Assembly: GCA_963790475.1 (NCBI GenBank)
Contig: CAWBOS010000013.1
Location: forward strand, 352,001 to 416,000
DNA: 64,000 nt
Source of the DNA: an uncultured delta proteobacterium
GTDB lineage: Bacteria; Desulfobacterota; RBG-13-43-22
Direction: 5' to 3'
Below are positions 51,196-61,015 of this stretch, in pieces (the stretch's first letter is position 1; the number at the start of each line of letters is the position of its first letter). The notes under the pieces are model-generated. The model searched no databases. It was not told where the DNA came from and worked only from the letters and a program-made list of their open reading frames with translations. The position numbers were made by a program, and so were the translations under genes.

Positions 51196-52764
51196 TTAAA
51201 AAAAGGGCAACAAACTTTTCCCCCTGAGGGTTTTTATTACTTCCAGGGCTTCTTTTCTACTTTCATATGATCCGGCCTCGACACGATACCAGGTTTGCCG
51301 GCGGGATACTTTTTTGGGCTTAACCGTAATGTTTTTTCTATTTAGGGTGAGTTGGTTTATAAACTGCTGGGCTTCTTCCAAACCGGAAAAAGTGCCCAAA
51401 TAAGCGCTGAAATGCTTATCGGAAACCTGGACAATTAATGTTTCATCATTAAGTTCCGGAAGCTTTATCTGCTGATTGATGAGAACAAGATCGATGTCTT
51501 TTATGGAAGGATTTTGGCTTAGAACTAAATCGATCAAAGATTCATTTAATTTTCCATAATGATTAGTTACGAGTTTGGATAAATAATCCCCTTTTTTCAC
51601 CTGAATGTTGCGGGTCAAATATAACGAAGGTGCCCGAGCTTGAACTTCCGGCGGGTTTTCCTCCCCCTTTTGGGAACGCCCTTTCGGGATTAAATCGATC
51701 CGCCCGGATTTCTTCTGAAATTCTTTTTGAGATTGAGCTTTTTTAAGGGGATCTTCCGCTCGGCTCAACAACGCCCTAATTTCCCCGTACCATCTGAAAC
51801 TTGTCATTTGCTCCTTCAACTCTGGTCGAAACACGAAGATGCCGACTACCAGGATCCAACCGAATAAAACAATCAATCCATCTCTTATAAAAAGACGGTA
51901 GGATAATCTTGGGTAGTTGACATTGCGGGAAGACCTTTTCTTCATTTTAGGTTTATAATCAGGCCCCTCAAGATTTCTGAGGATCTTTTCAATCAAATTG
52001 GCTTCAATTTTTTTGACAGAAGCCTTATGCCCGGCAAAGAGGGCATTATCACAGAGGATGTTGAGCAGCCTGGGAATTCCCTCGGCTTTCTCGACGATCA
52101 GGGACAGGGCTTGAGGAGAAAAAATATAGGCCGAGGACCTTCCGGCCATTCTCAGGCGATGCTCGATATATTCAAAAGATTCTTTCTGGGACAGGGGATT
52201 GACCGTTATCCGCAGCGGGTTAATTTTAGGATGATTTCTTAAAAAAGCGGCCTTAAAAGGTTCTTCGATCTCCGGCTGTCCGACCAGGACAATCTGAAGG
52301 ATTTCGGAAACCCAGGATTGGCTTTCAAGAAGAGAAAAGAGCCCTCTGAGTACCTCCTCGGAGAGTTTCTGGGCTTCATCGATTAGGACGGCCAATAATT
52401 CCCCCCGGCCTTTTAATTTTTCTAAATAGGACAGGAATTTATTCTGAAGTTCATCAATCCCTTCCTTAGGCATCGGTTCTTCCAATTCAGAAATGATCTG
52501 TTCCAGCAATTCCCTCAAATTGTAAGTAGAATGGAATATAAAAGCGGTTTTTACCCTTTGGGGAAGTCTATCTATGAGGCTGTATATTAACATGGTTTTA
52601 CCGGTTCCGACTTCTCCGGTAAGAAGGATCAGTCCTTTTCGATCCGTTATGCCTCTCCCGACGGCCTCAAGGGCTATCCGGTAACCTGGGGTGAGATAAA
52701 GGAACTTGAGGTCCGGTGATAATTCAAAGGGTTTATCGGATAAACCGTAATAAGCTAATGGCAT
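51196..52764 (-). CDS. ExeA/GspA-family AAA ATPase with TM, LysM-like and SPOR domains
   Basis: YYGLSDKPF, GEVGTGKT, LIDEAQ, LVGQPE, GIPRLLNILCD; VKKGDYLSKL; WYRVEAGSY. Confidence 0.88.
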   Translation of the reverse strand: MPLAYYGLSDKPFELSPDLKFLYLTPGYRIALEAVGRGITDRKGLILLTGEVGTGKTMLIYSLIDRLPQRVKTAFIFHSTYNLRELLEQIISELEEPMPKEGIDELQNKFLSYLEKLKGRGELLAVLIDEAQKLSEEVLRGLFSLLESQSWVSEILQIVLVGQPEIEEPFKAAFLRNHPKINPLRITVNPLSQKESFEYIEHRLRMAGRSSAYIFSPQALSLIVEKAEGIPRLLNILCDNALFAGHKASVKKIEANLIEKILRNLEGPDYKPKMKKRSSRNVNYPRLSYRLFIRDGLIVLFGWILVVGIFVFRPELKEQMTSFRWYGEIRALLSRAEDPLKKAQSQKEFQKKSGRIDLIPKGRSQKGEENPPEVQARAPSLYLTRNIQVKKGDYLSKLVTNHYGKLNESLIDLVLSQNPSIKDIDLVLINQQIKLPELNDETLIVQVSDKHFSAYLGTFSGLEEAQQFINQLTLNRKNITVKPKKVSRRQTWYRVEAGSYESRKEALEVIKTLRGKSLLPFF

Positions 52765-52790
52765 GGGATGTTTTTCCTTTGCTCCCCATA

Positions 52791-54005
52791 TTAATAAATC
52801 ACCTCTTCTTTTTCAAGTTCGCCGATCTCTTCCGGGGACAGGCCAAGCTTGTGAACGAAGACCTCTTCATTGTGCTCCCCCAGAAGCGGAGAATGCCGGT
52901 GTATCCTGGCCGGAGTTTCTGAAAGGTTCCAGGGAGGGGCAATCACCCAGTCCTTTCCGATAAAAGGATGGTCCAACTGGGAATACACTTCCCTCTCCCT
53001 CAAATGAGGATCATGAAAGAGCCCTTCCGAACTTAAGGAGGGGGCGGAAGCCACGCCCACCTTTTGTAATAATTGGGTTACTTCATAATAGTCCTTATCT
53101 TGCGTCCATTGAGTGATAATCTCGTCCAAGCCCTCCTGGTTTTTTAACCTTGCCGTAGGATCGATAAACTTTTCATTCTCAATCAACTCCGCTTTCCCCA
53201 TCACCCGGCAAAGGGCCTGCCATTCGGCATCGGTGGCCACAGCGATGCTGACCCACTTGTCCTCTCCCTGGCAGCGGTAACAATTATGCGGCGCCATCCA
53301 TTCGTCTTTATTCCCCTTGCGACCAGGCACTCTTTGGTTCATAAAATAATCAAGGAGGATATCGCCGGCCAGGACGGCAATCGTTTCCTGAGAGGCCAGA
53401 TCGATATACTGCCCTTCACCGGTCCGGTGCCGATAGATCAAAGCGGTCAGGATGGCAAAGGCCGAGGTAGTTGCGCTTCGAAGATCCATAGAACCCATAA
53501 AGTTGCTGGGCGGCCAGTCTTCATAGCCGGTAATGTGCGAGAAGCCGCCGAGGGCGGCGAAGGTCGGGGCGTAACCCACATACTCCCTCTCCGGTCCCGT
53601 CTGACCGCAGGACGAAGAGGAAATGTAGATCAGGTCAGGCTTTATGGCCATAAGCACATCATAGCCTAACCCGAGCCGGGGGATCACACCCGGCCTCATG
53701 TTCTCCATGACAATATCACTCAATCCGACCAGCCGTTTGGCAAGTTCGACTCCCTTGGACTTGGACAGGTTCAGGGTCACGCTTTTTTTATTCAGATTGA
53801 GATTATTGAAAACAGAGGATTCATTCGGGCCTGAAAATCGCTTGCCGGTGCTGAAGGAAAGGTTTCTGGCGTGGTCTATTCTTTTCCGGCTTTCCACTTT
53901 GATGACTTCCGCCCCGAGAAATCCCAGCAAACAGGTGGCATAGGGTCCAGCCCAGGCCGAGGTGAATTCCGTTACTCGAATTCCGGCTAACGGTCCATGG
54001 TTCAT
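52791..54005 (-). CDS. CaiB/BaiF family III CoA-transferase (BbsF-like, Asp retained)
   Basis: PLAGIRV, WAGP, GAEVIKVES, NKKSVTLNL, ENMRPG, GSMDL, LGEHN. Confidence 0.93.
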   Translation of the reverse strand: MNHGPLAGIRVTEFTSAWAGPYATCLLGFLGAEVIKVESRKRIDHARNLSFSTGKRFSGPNESSVFNNLNLNKKSVTLNLSKSKGVELAKRLVGLSDIVMENMRPGVIPRLGLGYDVLMAIKPDLIYISSSSCGQTGPEREYVGYAPTFAALGGFSHITGYEDWPPSNFMGSMDLRSATTSAFAILTALIYRHRTGEGQYIDLASQETIAVLAGDILLDYFMNQRVPGRKGNKDEWMAPHNCYRCQGEDKWVSIAVATDAEWQALCRVMGKAELIENEKFIDPTARLKNQEGLDEIITQWTQDKDYYEVTQLLQKVGVASAPSLSSEGLFHDPHLREREVYSQLDHPFIGKDWVIAPPWNLSETPARIHRHSPLLGEHNEEVFVHKLGLSPEEIGELEKEEVIY

Positions 54006-54109
54006 TAAATACTCCTTTATATATCCCCAAGGAGGGTTTTAATAGGACCAAATGTTTTAAAATATTTAGGTCCCCGGTTTAATAATCGAATGCTTCAACC
54101 CGCAACGGA

Positions 54110-55321
54110 TTAAATAATCCCCTTGTTTTTCAGACTTGCCAGTTCTTCTTGGGAAACTCCCAACCGTCCATAGATCTCCTCATTGTGTTCACCCAACAGC
54201 GGAGCGGCCTGCACCAATTTCCAGGGTGTTTTTGAAAAACGGAATGAGGATGAAGGGAAGGGGATCTTTCCCACTGCCGGGTGCTCCATCTCGACAAAAA
54301 AATTTCTGGCCTTGAATTGTTCGGAATGATAGATATCCGCCACAGTATTGACTGGGGCGATGGGGCAGCTTAAGGCCTGTCCCCGGCGGAAAATCTCTTC
54401 CTTGGTATGGTTCATGGTCCATTCAATGATTCGCTCGTTTATTTTTTCCGCATTCTCAGCTCTGGATAAGGGGTCCCGGCAACAATCCTCTTTGGCCCAC
54501 TGCGGATCTCCGATCAGTTTAACCAGAGAGTTCCATTGATGTTCCTCCGGGGTTACCACAACGATATAGCCGTCCAGGCAGGGCAAGATCCCGCCGGGCA
54601 TCCGCCGGACCTTGTCGCCGCCCCGGGTCAGGACCACCTGGTCATTAGCAAAGGTTACACTTTCGACCCTCTGCATGGACATTAAGGCCTCCTGCTTGGA
54701 CATTTCGATGAATTGACCTTTCCCGGTCAGAATCTTCCAATAATAGGCGGCGGTAACGGCCACCACCGCCACCAGCCCGACATCAAACCCGCTGCTGTTT
54801 CCGCCGACTTTGACCGGCGGACGGTCCATGTCCTCCGCAGGAATGGGCAGCATATATCCTTGCCCGCTGGCGTGAACCGTATTGAGCTGAAAGGCTTTAT
54901 AATCCCTATAAGGGCCGCTTCTCCCATAAGGGGTGATCGAGATCATGATCAGACCGGGATTAACGGTCTTCAGGTTTGCATAATCCAATTCCAGCTCTTC
55001 CATTTCCCCCACGGGCCGGTCGTCAATGAGAACATCCGTTCTTTCAATTAATTTTCTGAAAATCTCTTTTCCTTCAGGCTTTTTAGGGTCCAGCGTAAGA
55101 CCCTTCTTATTACTGTTCAGATAGAGAAACAATCCGCTTTTTTCCTGATGGGGGACATCTCCCGGAAAGGGACCGCGCCTCCTGGAATCATCACCGGTCA
55201 GTGGTGGCTCGACTTTCAGAACATCGGCCCCCATATCGGCCAACAGTTTGGAACAATAAGGTCCGCTGACCATATTGCAATACTCTACGATCTTCATCCC
55301 CTCCAGGGCCCTTGGGGTCAT
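54110..55321 (-). CDS. CaiB/BaiF family III CoA-transferase (BbsE-like)
   Basis: GPYCSKLLADMGADVLKVEP, NSNKKG, ITPYGRSGPY, APLLGEHN. Confidence 0.92.
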   Translation of the reverse strand: MTPRALEGMKIVEYCNMVSGPYCSKLLADMGADVLKVEPPLTGDDSRRRGPFPGDVPHQEKSGLFLYLNSNKKGLTLDPKKPEGKEIFRKLIERTDVLIDDRPVGEMEELELDYANLKTVNPGLIMISITPYGRSGPYRDYKAFQLNTVHASGQGYMLPIPAEDMDRPPVKVGGNSSGFDVGLVAVVAVTAAYYWKILTGKGQFIEMSKQEALMSMQRVESVTFANDQVVLTRGGDKVRRMPGGILPCLDGYIVVVTPEEHQWNSLVKLIGDPQWAKEDCCRDPLSRAENAEKINERIIEWTMNHTKEEIFRRGQALSCPIAPVNTVADIYHSEQFKARNFFVEMEHPAVGKIPFPSSSFRFSKTPWKLVQAAPLLGEHNEEIYGRLGVSQEELASLKNKGII

Positions 55322-55578
55322 GGTGTTTTCTCCTTGGTTCAAAATGATTCTTCCTCCACAGGGTCAACCCTAAATGCAGTCAGGTAAGAAATTAGGTGCT
55401 GATCTTAGTCAAAAAGGACTAAAAATGCAACAAACATCATCCTTTTTTTCATTGACTCTCGAGGGTCAACCCTTTACATTAATTTTCTTCCCCGAATGGA
55501 TTTGTTTCCCCCCATTGGCGGCAGAGGAATACTCTTCAATAATATTATAATTATAATATTATGATAAGGATTGGTTTT

Positions 55579-57021
55579 ATGTCAAACGAAATGATAAGGG
55601 AATTACATCCTCTGTTTCATCCCAAAAACATCGCCGTGGTCGGCGCATCACCCAAATCCGACCCCCTGATGATGAACCAGGGCAATAACTATATCAAGGG
55701 ATCCATTGAACAGAATTTCTCGGGGAAAATTTTTCCGGTTCATCCCAAGGCTAAAGCCATTCTCGGATTTCCGGCCTATTCCCGCGTAAAAGACATACCC
55801 GATTCGGTGGACCTGGTCATCTTCACCGTTCCGGCTGAGGCGTCCCTGGAGGTTATGGAGGATTGTGTCGCTAAAGGGGTAAAGTTTGTCCATCTCTATA
55901 CCGCCGGCTTCGGCGAATCGGGACGGGAGGCTTTCAAGGAGATGGAAAAAAACTTGATTGAAATGGGCCGGAAGAACGGGATACGAATTGTCGGACCGAA
56001 TTGTATGGGAATTTACTGCCCGGAGGGTGGTTTGGCTTTTCAGCCTTTTTTCCCTACGACACCCGGTCCGATTGGTTTCTTTTCCCAGAGCGGTCAAATG
56101 GCCGGGATGTTTGTCATGAATGCCGCCGCCCAAGGCTTGAGATTCAGCAAGGTCGTCAGTTTTGGAAATGCCAGGGATTTAAAGGCCCATGATTTTCTAA
56201 ACTACCTGGCCCAGGATGAAAAGACAAAAGTCATCGGCTCTTATTTGGAGGGGTTGGAAGACGGCAGGTCCTTTATAGAGGCCGCCAAAAAAGTGACCCG
56301 GGAAAAACCGCTGGTAATCTTTAAAGGGGGGTTGACCGAAGGGGGATCCAGGGCGGCCCTGTCTCATACGGCGGCGATCGCTGGTTCGTCCCGGATCTGG
56401 AGGGCCGTGTGCCGGCAGACCGGGATCGTTTCAGTGACCTCTCTGGCAGAACTGGTTTATACGCTGTCCGCTTTACAGAGGACGCCTCTACCCAAAGGAA
56501 AGAATGTGGTCATCCTCGGCGGGGCCGGAGGGGGAAGCGTCACCATGACCGATCAGGCTGAAGCGGAAGGATTGAAGGTCCCGCAGCTTTCGGACGATAC
56601 CATAAGACAACTGGAGGCCATGGTTCCCCCCCAGGGCACGAGTGTCATAAATCCTCTGGATGTGGGAAGAAAATTTTTTGCCGGAGATAATTTCAATAAA
56701 GTTATGGAGCTGTTGAGAGATGATGCCGACATCGATGCCCTGATTTTCATGCAGCCCATTGCCTTGTTCAGTCGCTTCGGCGGCCGCGCAGGAATAAGTA
56801 TGCTCCTGAGACAGACCATCGCCGGGCAAAATATTTTAAAGAAACCCATGTTTCTTGTTATAGAAAAAGATGACGGGTTCGGCGGTGACCGACTGGTGAA
56901 AGAAGCGATTGAAAAGTATCATGCCGCCAATCTGGCCACCTTTCCCGATTTTCGGTTGGCCGTCAAGATCGCCGGCTATTTGGCAGATTATCAGGCCTTT
57001 TTAGACCGGCAGAAAGAGTAA
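55579..57021 (+). CDS. Acyl-CoA synthetase (NDP-forming) alpha-type, CoA-binding protein
   Basis: IAVVGAS, GPNCMG, SQSG, SHTAAIAG phospho-His, INPLD. Confidence 0.9.
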   Translation: MSNEMIRELHPLFHPKNIAVVGASPKSDPLMMNQGNNYIKGSIEQNFSGKIFPVHPKAKAILGFPAYSRVKDIPDSVDLVIFTVPAEASLEVMEDCVAKGVKFVHLYTAGFGESGREAFKEMEKNLIEMGRKNGIRIVGPNCMGIYCPEGGLAFQPFFPTTPGPIGFFSQSGQMAGMFVMNAAAQGLRFSKVVSFGNARDLKAHDFLNYLAQDEKTKVIGSYLEGLEDGRSFIEAAKKVTREKPLVIFKGGLTEGGSRAALSHTAAIAGSSRIWRAVCRQTGIVSVTSLAELVYTLSALQRTPLPKGKNVVILGGAGGGSVTMTDQAEAEGLKVPQLSDDTIRQLEAMVPPQGTSVINPLDVGRKFFAGDNFNKVMELLRDDADIDALIFMQPIALFSRFGGRAGISMLLRQTIAGQNILKKPMFLVIEKDDGFGGDRLVKEAIEKYHAANLATFPDFRLAVKIAGYLADYQAFLDRQKE

Positions 57022-57077
57022 ACTGAAATATAAGGCTATCTACCTAAAAATCATTCAATTTGTCAATGGAGACGTGT

Positions 57078-58514
57078 ATGTCTTTTCAGGAACTGGAAAC
57101 TATTTTACACCCCCGATCGGTGGCCGTGGTCGGCGCTTCGGCCAATGTCTATTCCTTCGGATACAGCTTTGTTCATCATTTGGTGGAATACGGATTTAAA
57201 GGAGCGATTTATCCGGTCAACCCCAACTACCCCGAAATTCTGGGTTTGAAAACCTACCCCGGCGTGCGGGATATTCCGGCCCCAGTTGATTTTGCCATTT
57301 CCTGCGTCAACGCTTCTCAGGTGACCGCCATGTTGGAAGATCTGGCTGAAAAAGGCGTCAAAGGTGTGCACCTTTATACGGCCCGTTTCAGTGAAACCGG
57401 CCGAAAGGATGCGGCGGAATTGGAACGATCGGTCCTGAAACTGGCCCTGGACAAGGGCATCCGTCTTATCGGTCCCAATTGCATGGGCGTTTATTATCCG
57501 AAAGTAGGACTTTCTTTCGGGTTTAATCTACCCAAAGATTCAGGCCCGGTAGGGATGATTTCCCAATCCGGAGGGGGCGCCTCCGGTTTTGTGCATCTGG
57601 CCTCTTTGCGGGGAATCCGGTTCAGCAAGGTCATCAGCTACGGCAATGGCCTGGATCTGACCGAATGCGATTACCTGGACTATTTTATTCAGGATAAGGA
57701 GACCCAAATCATCCTCCTTTATGTCGAAGGGGTTAAAGATGGTCGGCTTTTTTTTGAAACCTTAAGTCGTGCCTCCAGGGCCAAGCCGGTTATCGTTATG
57801 AAAGGCGGGAGGGGTCAGGCCGGATCCCGGATGACCTTCTCTCACACCGCTTCTCTGGCCGGATCCTTCCCGGTCTGGGAGGCCATGGTCAAGCAGGCCG
57901 GGGGGGTTTCAGTAGACGACTTTGATGAGTTGATTGACCTGACGGTTGCTTTCCGTTTTTTGCCCAAGGTGCCCGGCAAACGGGTCGGGGTGATCGGCGG
58001 TGGCGGCGGTCCCAGCGTCATCGCCGCCGAAGAATGTGAAGAATCCGGATTGGAGGTGATCCCCATCCCGCAGGACATGCGCGAAGAACTCAAAGAACGG
58101 GGAGTCTCCATCTGGGACTGGATCAGCAATCCGGTGGATCTTTCGATTGTCGCCGGTTCGGGAGTTACCGATATCGATATGCTTCACCTCATGGGCCAAC
58201 ACCCGTCCTTCGATATTCTAATGGCTAATAACAACGAATGGGTCATGATGACCCTGGCCTCGGATGAAAGGTTCCTGGGATTGAAAAGCCAGATCAAAAG
58301 CCATATCAACCTGAGGGATACTTATCCTAAGCCCTATGTGGTTATTTTCGGCGAGCGGGGAGTGATTACCCGAGATCAGGATGACTGGCATTGGAAGGTG
58401 ATTGCCGAAGCCCGGGCCGAGCTGATCCAGGCCGGCATGGCCACCTTCCCGACCTTCAGAAGAGCGGCAAAGGCTTTGCGCAAAGTGCAGGAATATTATT
58501 CCGGATTAGAATAA
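57078..58514 (+). CDS. Acyl-CoA synthetase (NDP-forming) alpha-type, CoA-binding protein
   Basis: VAVVGAS, GPNCMG, SQSGG, SHTASLAG, NPVD. Confidence 0.9.
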   Translation: MSFQELETILHPRSVAVVGASANVYSFGYSFVHHLVEYGFKGAIYPVNPNYPEILGLKTYPGVRDIPAPVDFAISCVNASQVTAMLEDLAEKGVKGVHLYTARFSETGRKDAAELERSVLKLALDKGIRLIGPNCMGVYYPKVGLSFGFNLPKDSGPVGMISQSGGGASGFVHLASLRGIRFSKVISYGNGLDLTECDYLDYFIQDKETQIILLYVEGVKDGRLFFETLSRASRAKPVIVMKGGRGQAGSRMTFSHTASLAGSFPVWEAMVKQAGGVSVDDFDELIDLTVAFRFLPKVPGKRVGVIGGGGGPSVIAAEECEESGLEVIPIPQDMREELKERGVSIWDWISNPVDLSIVAGSGVTDIDMLHLMGQHPSFDILMANNNEWVMMTLASDERFLGLKSQIKSHINLRDTYPKPYVVIFGERGVITRDQDDWHWKVIAEARAELIQAGMATFPTFRRAAKALRKVQEYYSGLE

Positions 58515-58526
58515 GGCTTCTGCGAT

Positions 58527-58991
58527 ATGAATAACCAATTCACCCCAGGACGGTTCGCGGCTGTCTACCTTGCCTTGGTCAGAGAAAATTATGTTTTGCT
58601 TTTAAAAAGACAAAACACCGGTTTTGAGGACGGCAACTTCGGCCTGATTGCCGGACATGTTGAAAAGGATGAATCGATCACTCAGGCCGTCATACGAGAG
58701 GCCAAGGAGGAATCGGGAATCAGTTTGTTGCCCGAACAAATACATTTTTTTCATGTTATGCAGCGCTTTTCCATAAACGACCGGGTTTATCTGGATTTCT
58801 TTTTTTCCGCGGAATCCTGGGAGGGGGAGATCACCAATAAAGAGCCGGAGAAATGCAGCGACTTGACCTGGTTTGCCTTGAATAACCTTCCGGACAATAT
58901 AATTCCCTATATCAAAAATAGCCTGCAAAACTACTTGTTTAAATCAATATATTTCAGCGAAATTGGTCAGCAGGATCATCCTGCAAGATAA
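58527..58991 (+). CDS. NUDIX hydrolase
   Basis: GHVEKDESITQAVIREAKEESGI Nudix box; NKEPEKC. Confidence 0.9.
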   Translation: MNNQFTPGRFAAVYLALVRENYVLLLKRQNTGFEDGNFGLIAGHVEKDESITQAVIREAKEESGISLLPEQIHFFHVMQRFSINDRVYLDFFFSAESWEGEITNKEPEKCSDLTWFALNNLPDNIIPYIKNSLQNYLFKSIYFSEIGQQDHPAR

Positions 58992-59020
58992 ACTCAGAAC
59001 TGCTTGGTGGAGGACCAATC

Positions 59021-59254
59021 ATGATCTTATCCGGCCTGGAAATTGGTTCAAAAATCGGCCAGGAAATAATTATTGATCCCTTTGATCGGGCCAAGGTCAA
59101 TCCGAACAGCTATAACCTATCCCTGCACCAGACGCTGATCACCTTTACCGATTTTCAATCGGATATGAAAAAGGAGAATCCTTACACGGAGATTACCATA
59201 CCCCCAATTGCCCCACCCGATTTTTCTTCTTATTCCTGTCTTTTTCTTGCCTAA
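59021..59254 (+). pseudogene. dcd: dCTP deaminase N-terminal fragment
   Basis: MILSGLEI...IIIDPF...NPNSYNLSL...ITIP then loss of similarity. Confidence 0.75.
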
Positions 59255-59401
59255 TACTCTTTCCCTGAAAAGGAAATTCTATCAAACATTTATCCTGCAG
59301 CCAATATTGTGGGAGCGTCAAGAAGGCTTATCGTCGTCCGTGCCACCAAACAAGTGTTCAACCTCACGGTCGGCAAGACGGGGACATACCATCTATTCCG
59401 G

Positions 59402-59542
59402 CTATATCATGGCCAGGAGGATGTAGTCGGTCAGCAAAATCATTGATAGGGTGAGACCCCCCTGAGGCTGAGTATAGGTTCCCGCCGTAGAGACAATGAC
59501 GTCATCCAGGGCAGGAAAGACGAAGATGGCTTGTCCTCCCCA
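59402..59542 (-). pseudogene. C-terminal fragment of a serine hydrolase (beta-lactamase class C-like)
   Basis: WGGQAIFVFPALDDVIVSTAGTY...DYILLAMI*. Confidence 0.55.
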
Positions 59543-59544
59543 GC

Positions 59545-59748
59545 ATTGGCCCTGTCATTTAGGGCAGGTTAGGGGATCAATCTCATACATTTTTTCAATC
59601 AATCTGATTCAATTCCGGTTGAATTTTGCATTTTCCTCTGTCTCTATGACACAAGGAATAAGTGCATCTTAATTTCTTTTTGACGAAGGCCCCGGGAAAC
59701 GTTACTATAAAAGCCATAATATCGAACCATCTGCTCGTACCGGTCGGG
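59545..59748 (-). mobile_element. IS91-family transposase remnant
   Basis: Minus strand reads EQMVRYYGFYSNVSR ... DALIPC ... RLIEKMYEIDPLTCPK*QG with stops and a frameshift. Confidence 0.72.
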
Positions 59749-60065
59749 GGAATTTCATCCCTGGGGTTTTCCCTGGAGCATGAGAGCTCCCTACCAATGT
59801 AGGGCATAAATGTTCGAGATTTTTCTGTTGAAAAAAAGGTTATCTCGGTTATAGTGGTTACCTATCATTCCATCAGGTGAAATCCAGACAAAGATATTTG
59901 AAATTTGGTTTAAACGGGGCTATTTCTATCCCTCGTCCAAAGGTCATTCTGTTTTTTCACTGTTGACGGGGTCATGGGTCAGGGGTCGGCCACGGGAAGA
60001 AACAAGCCCCTCTTAAACCTGATAAAGTGAGAAATCAATGCGCAGACTCCAGTGTTTAAAATCTA

Positions 60066-60854
60066 ATGACACAGAATAAAAAAACAACCTTCTATAACCG
60101 CTCCTTGGAAAGGGCCTTACAGATCCTTAATGCTTTTACCGGTGAAAGGACCAGGCTAACCCTCAGTCAACTGTCGGAGATTCTGAGTCTTTCCCGGGCC
60201 ACGGTGCTAAGACTGTGTGCGACACTGGTCAAGTACAGCTTTCTTCATCAGGATCCCACCTCTAAAGAATATTCGTTAGGCCTGCGGTTACTCGAGTTGG
60301 GGAGTATTGTTCTTCACTCTTTTTCCTTAAGAAAGGCGGCCTCTCCCTTTTTAAACCAGTTGCACAGAAAGTTGGGTAAAACACTATTCCTGGGAATTTT
60401 GGATCAAGGACAATTGATCTACATCGACAAGCGGGAGGATGCTCGAAACCCAATTACCTTTACCTCGAATATCGGCACCCACCGCCCGCCCTACTGGGGC
60501 ATGTTGGGGCCCATGCTTATGGCCCATTTGCCCGAGACCGAAGTCGATACATTGTTGGAGAAAAATCCGCTGACGGCCACCACTAAAAAATCTTTCACCA
60601 AAAAAGAGGAGTTTAAAAAGTGGCTCGGACAGATACGGAAGGACGGCTTTGCCGTTGACGAGGAAAGGACCTTTGACGGCATTACCGGGCTGGCCGTCCC
60701 GATTCATGATTTCAGGGGAAAGGTCATCGCCAGTCTGGCCGTTTGTTTCATTACCTCCGCCATGGATGTAAAGGAGTTGAAGCGAATCATTAAAGAAACC
60801 CAAAAAACAGCCCTGGATATTTCCAGGGGCATCGGTTACGACGGGAAAAAATAA
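60066..60854 (+). CDS. IclR-family transcriptional regulator
   Basis: SLERALQIL, LSRATVLRL, YSLG, IRKDGFAVD, GLAVPI. Confidence 0.94.
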   Translation: MTQNKKTTFYNRSLERALQILNAFTGERTRLTLSQLSEILSLSRATVLRLCATLVKYSFLHQDPTSKEYSLGLRLLELGSIVLHSFSLRKAASPFLNQLHRKLGKTLFLGILDQGQLIYIDKREDARNPITFTSNIGTHRPPYWGMLGPMLMAHLPETEVDTLLEKNPLTATTKKSFTKKEEFKKWLGQIRKDGFAVDEERTFDGITGLAVPIHDFRGKVIASLAVCFITSAMDVKELKRIIKETQKTALDISRGIGYDGKK

Positions 60855-60917
60855 CCCCCCCTGAGGTCAGGGACGACCTGGTTAAAAAATTTATATCATT
60901 TCATTATCAATTTTTGC

Positions 60918-60945
60918 TTGACAGGGTCTTGGGAAATGATAAAAT
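60918..60945 (+). promoter_or_regulatory. Sigma70-like promoter for the CoA ligase operon
   Basis: TTGACA-16 nt-TAAAAT with extended TG. Confidence 0.5.
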
Positions 60946-61015
60946 CACATTCATCTAGTGAACAATTAATTTTATTAGATAAAATCTAAAATGTCAGACT
61001 CCCTCATAGGCCAAA

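Noticed and set aside
59690-59850. Long imperfect hairpin with central bubble resembling 6S RNA
   Set aside because: One arm is the IS91 transposase coding motif EQMVRYYGFYSNVSR, and the pairing relies on many G-U pairs, so it is probably coincidental; an Rfam scan would settle it.
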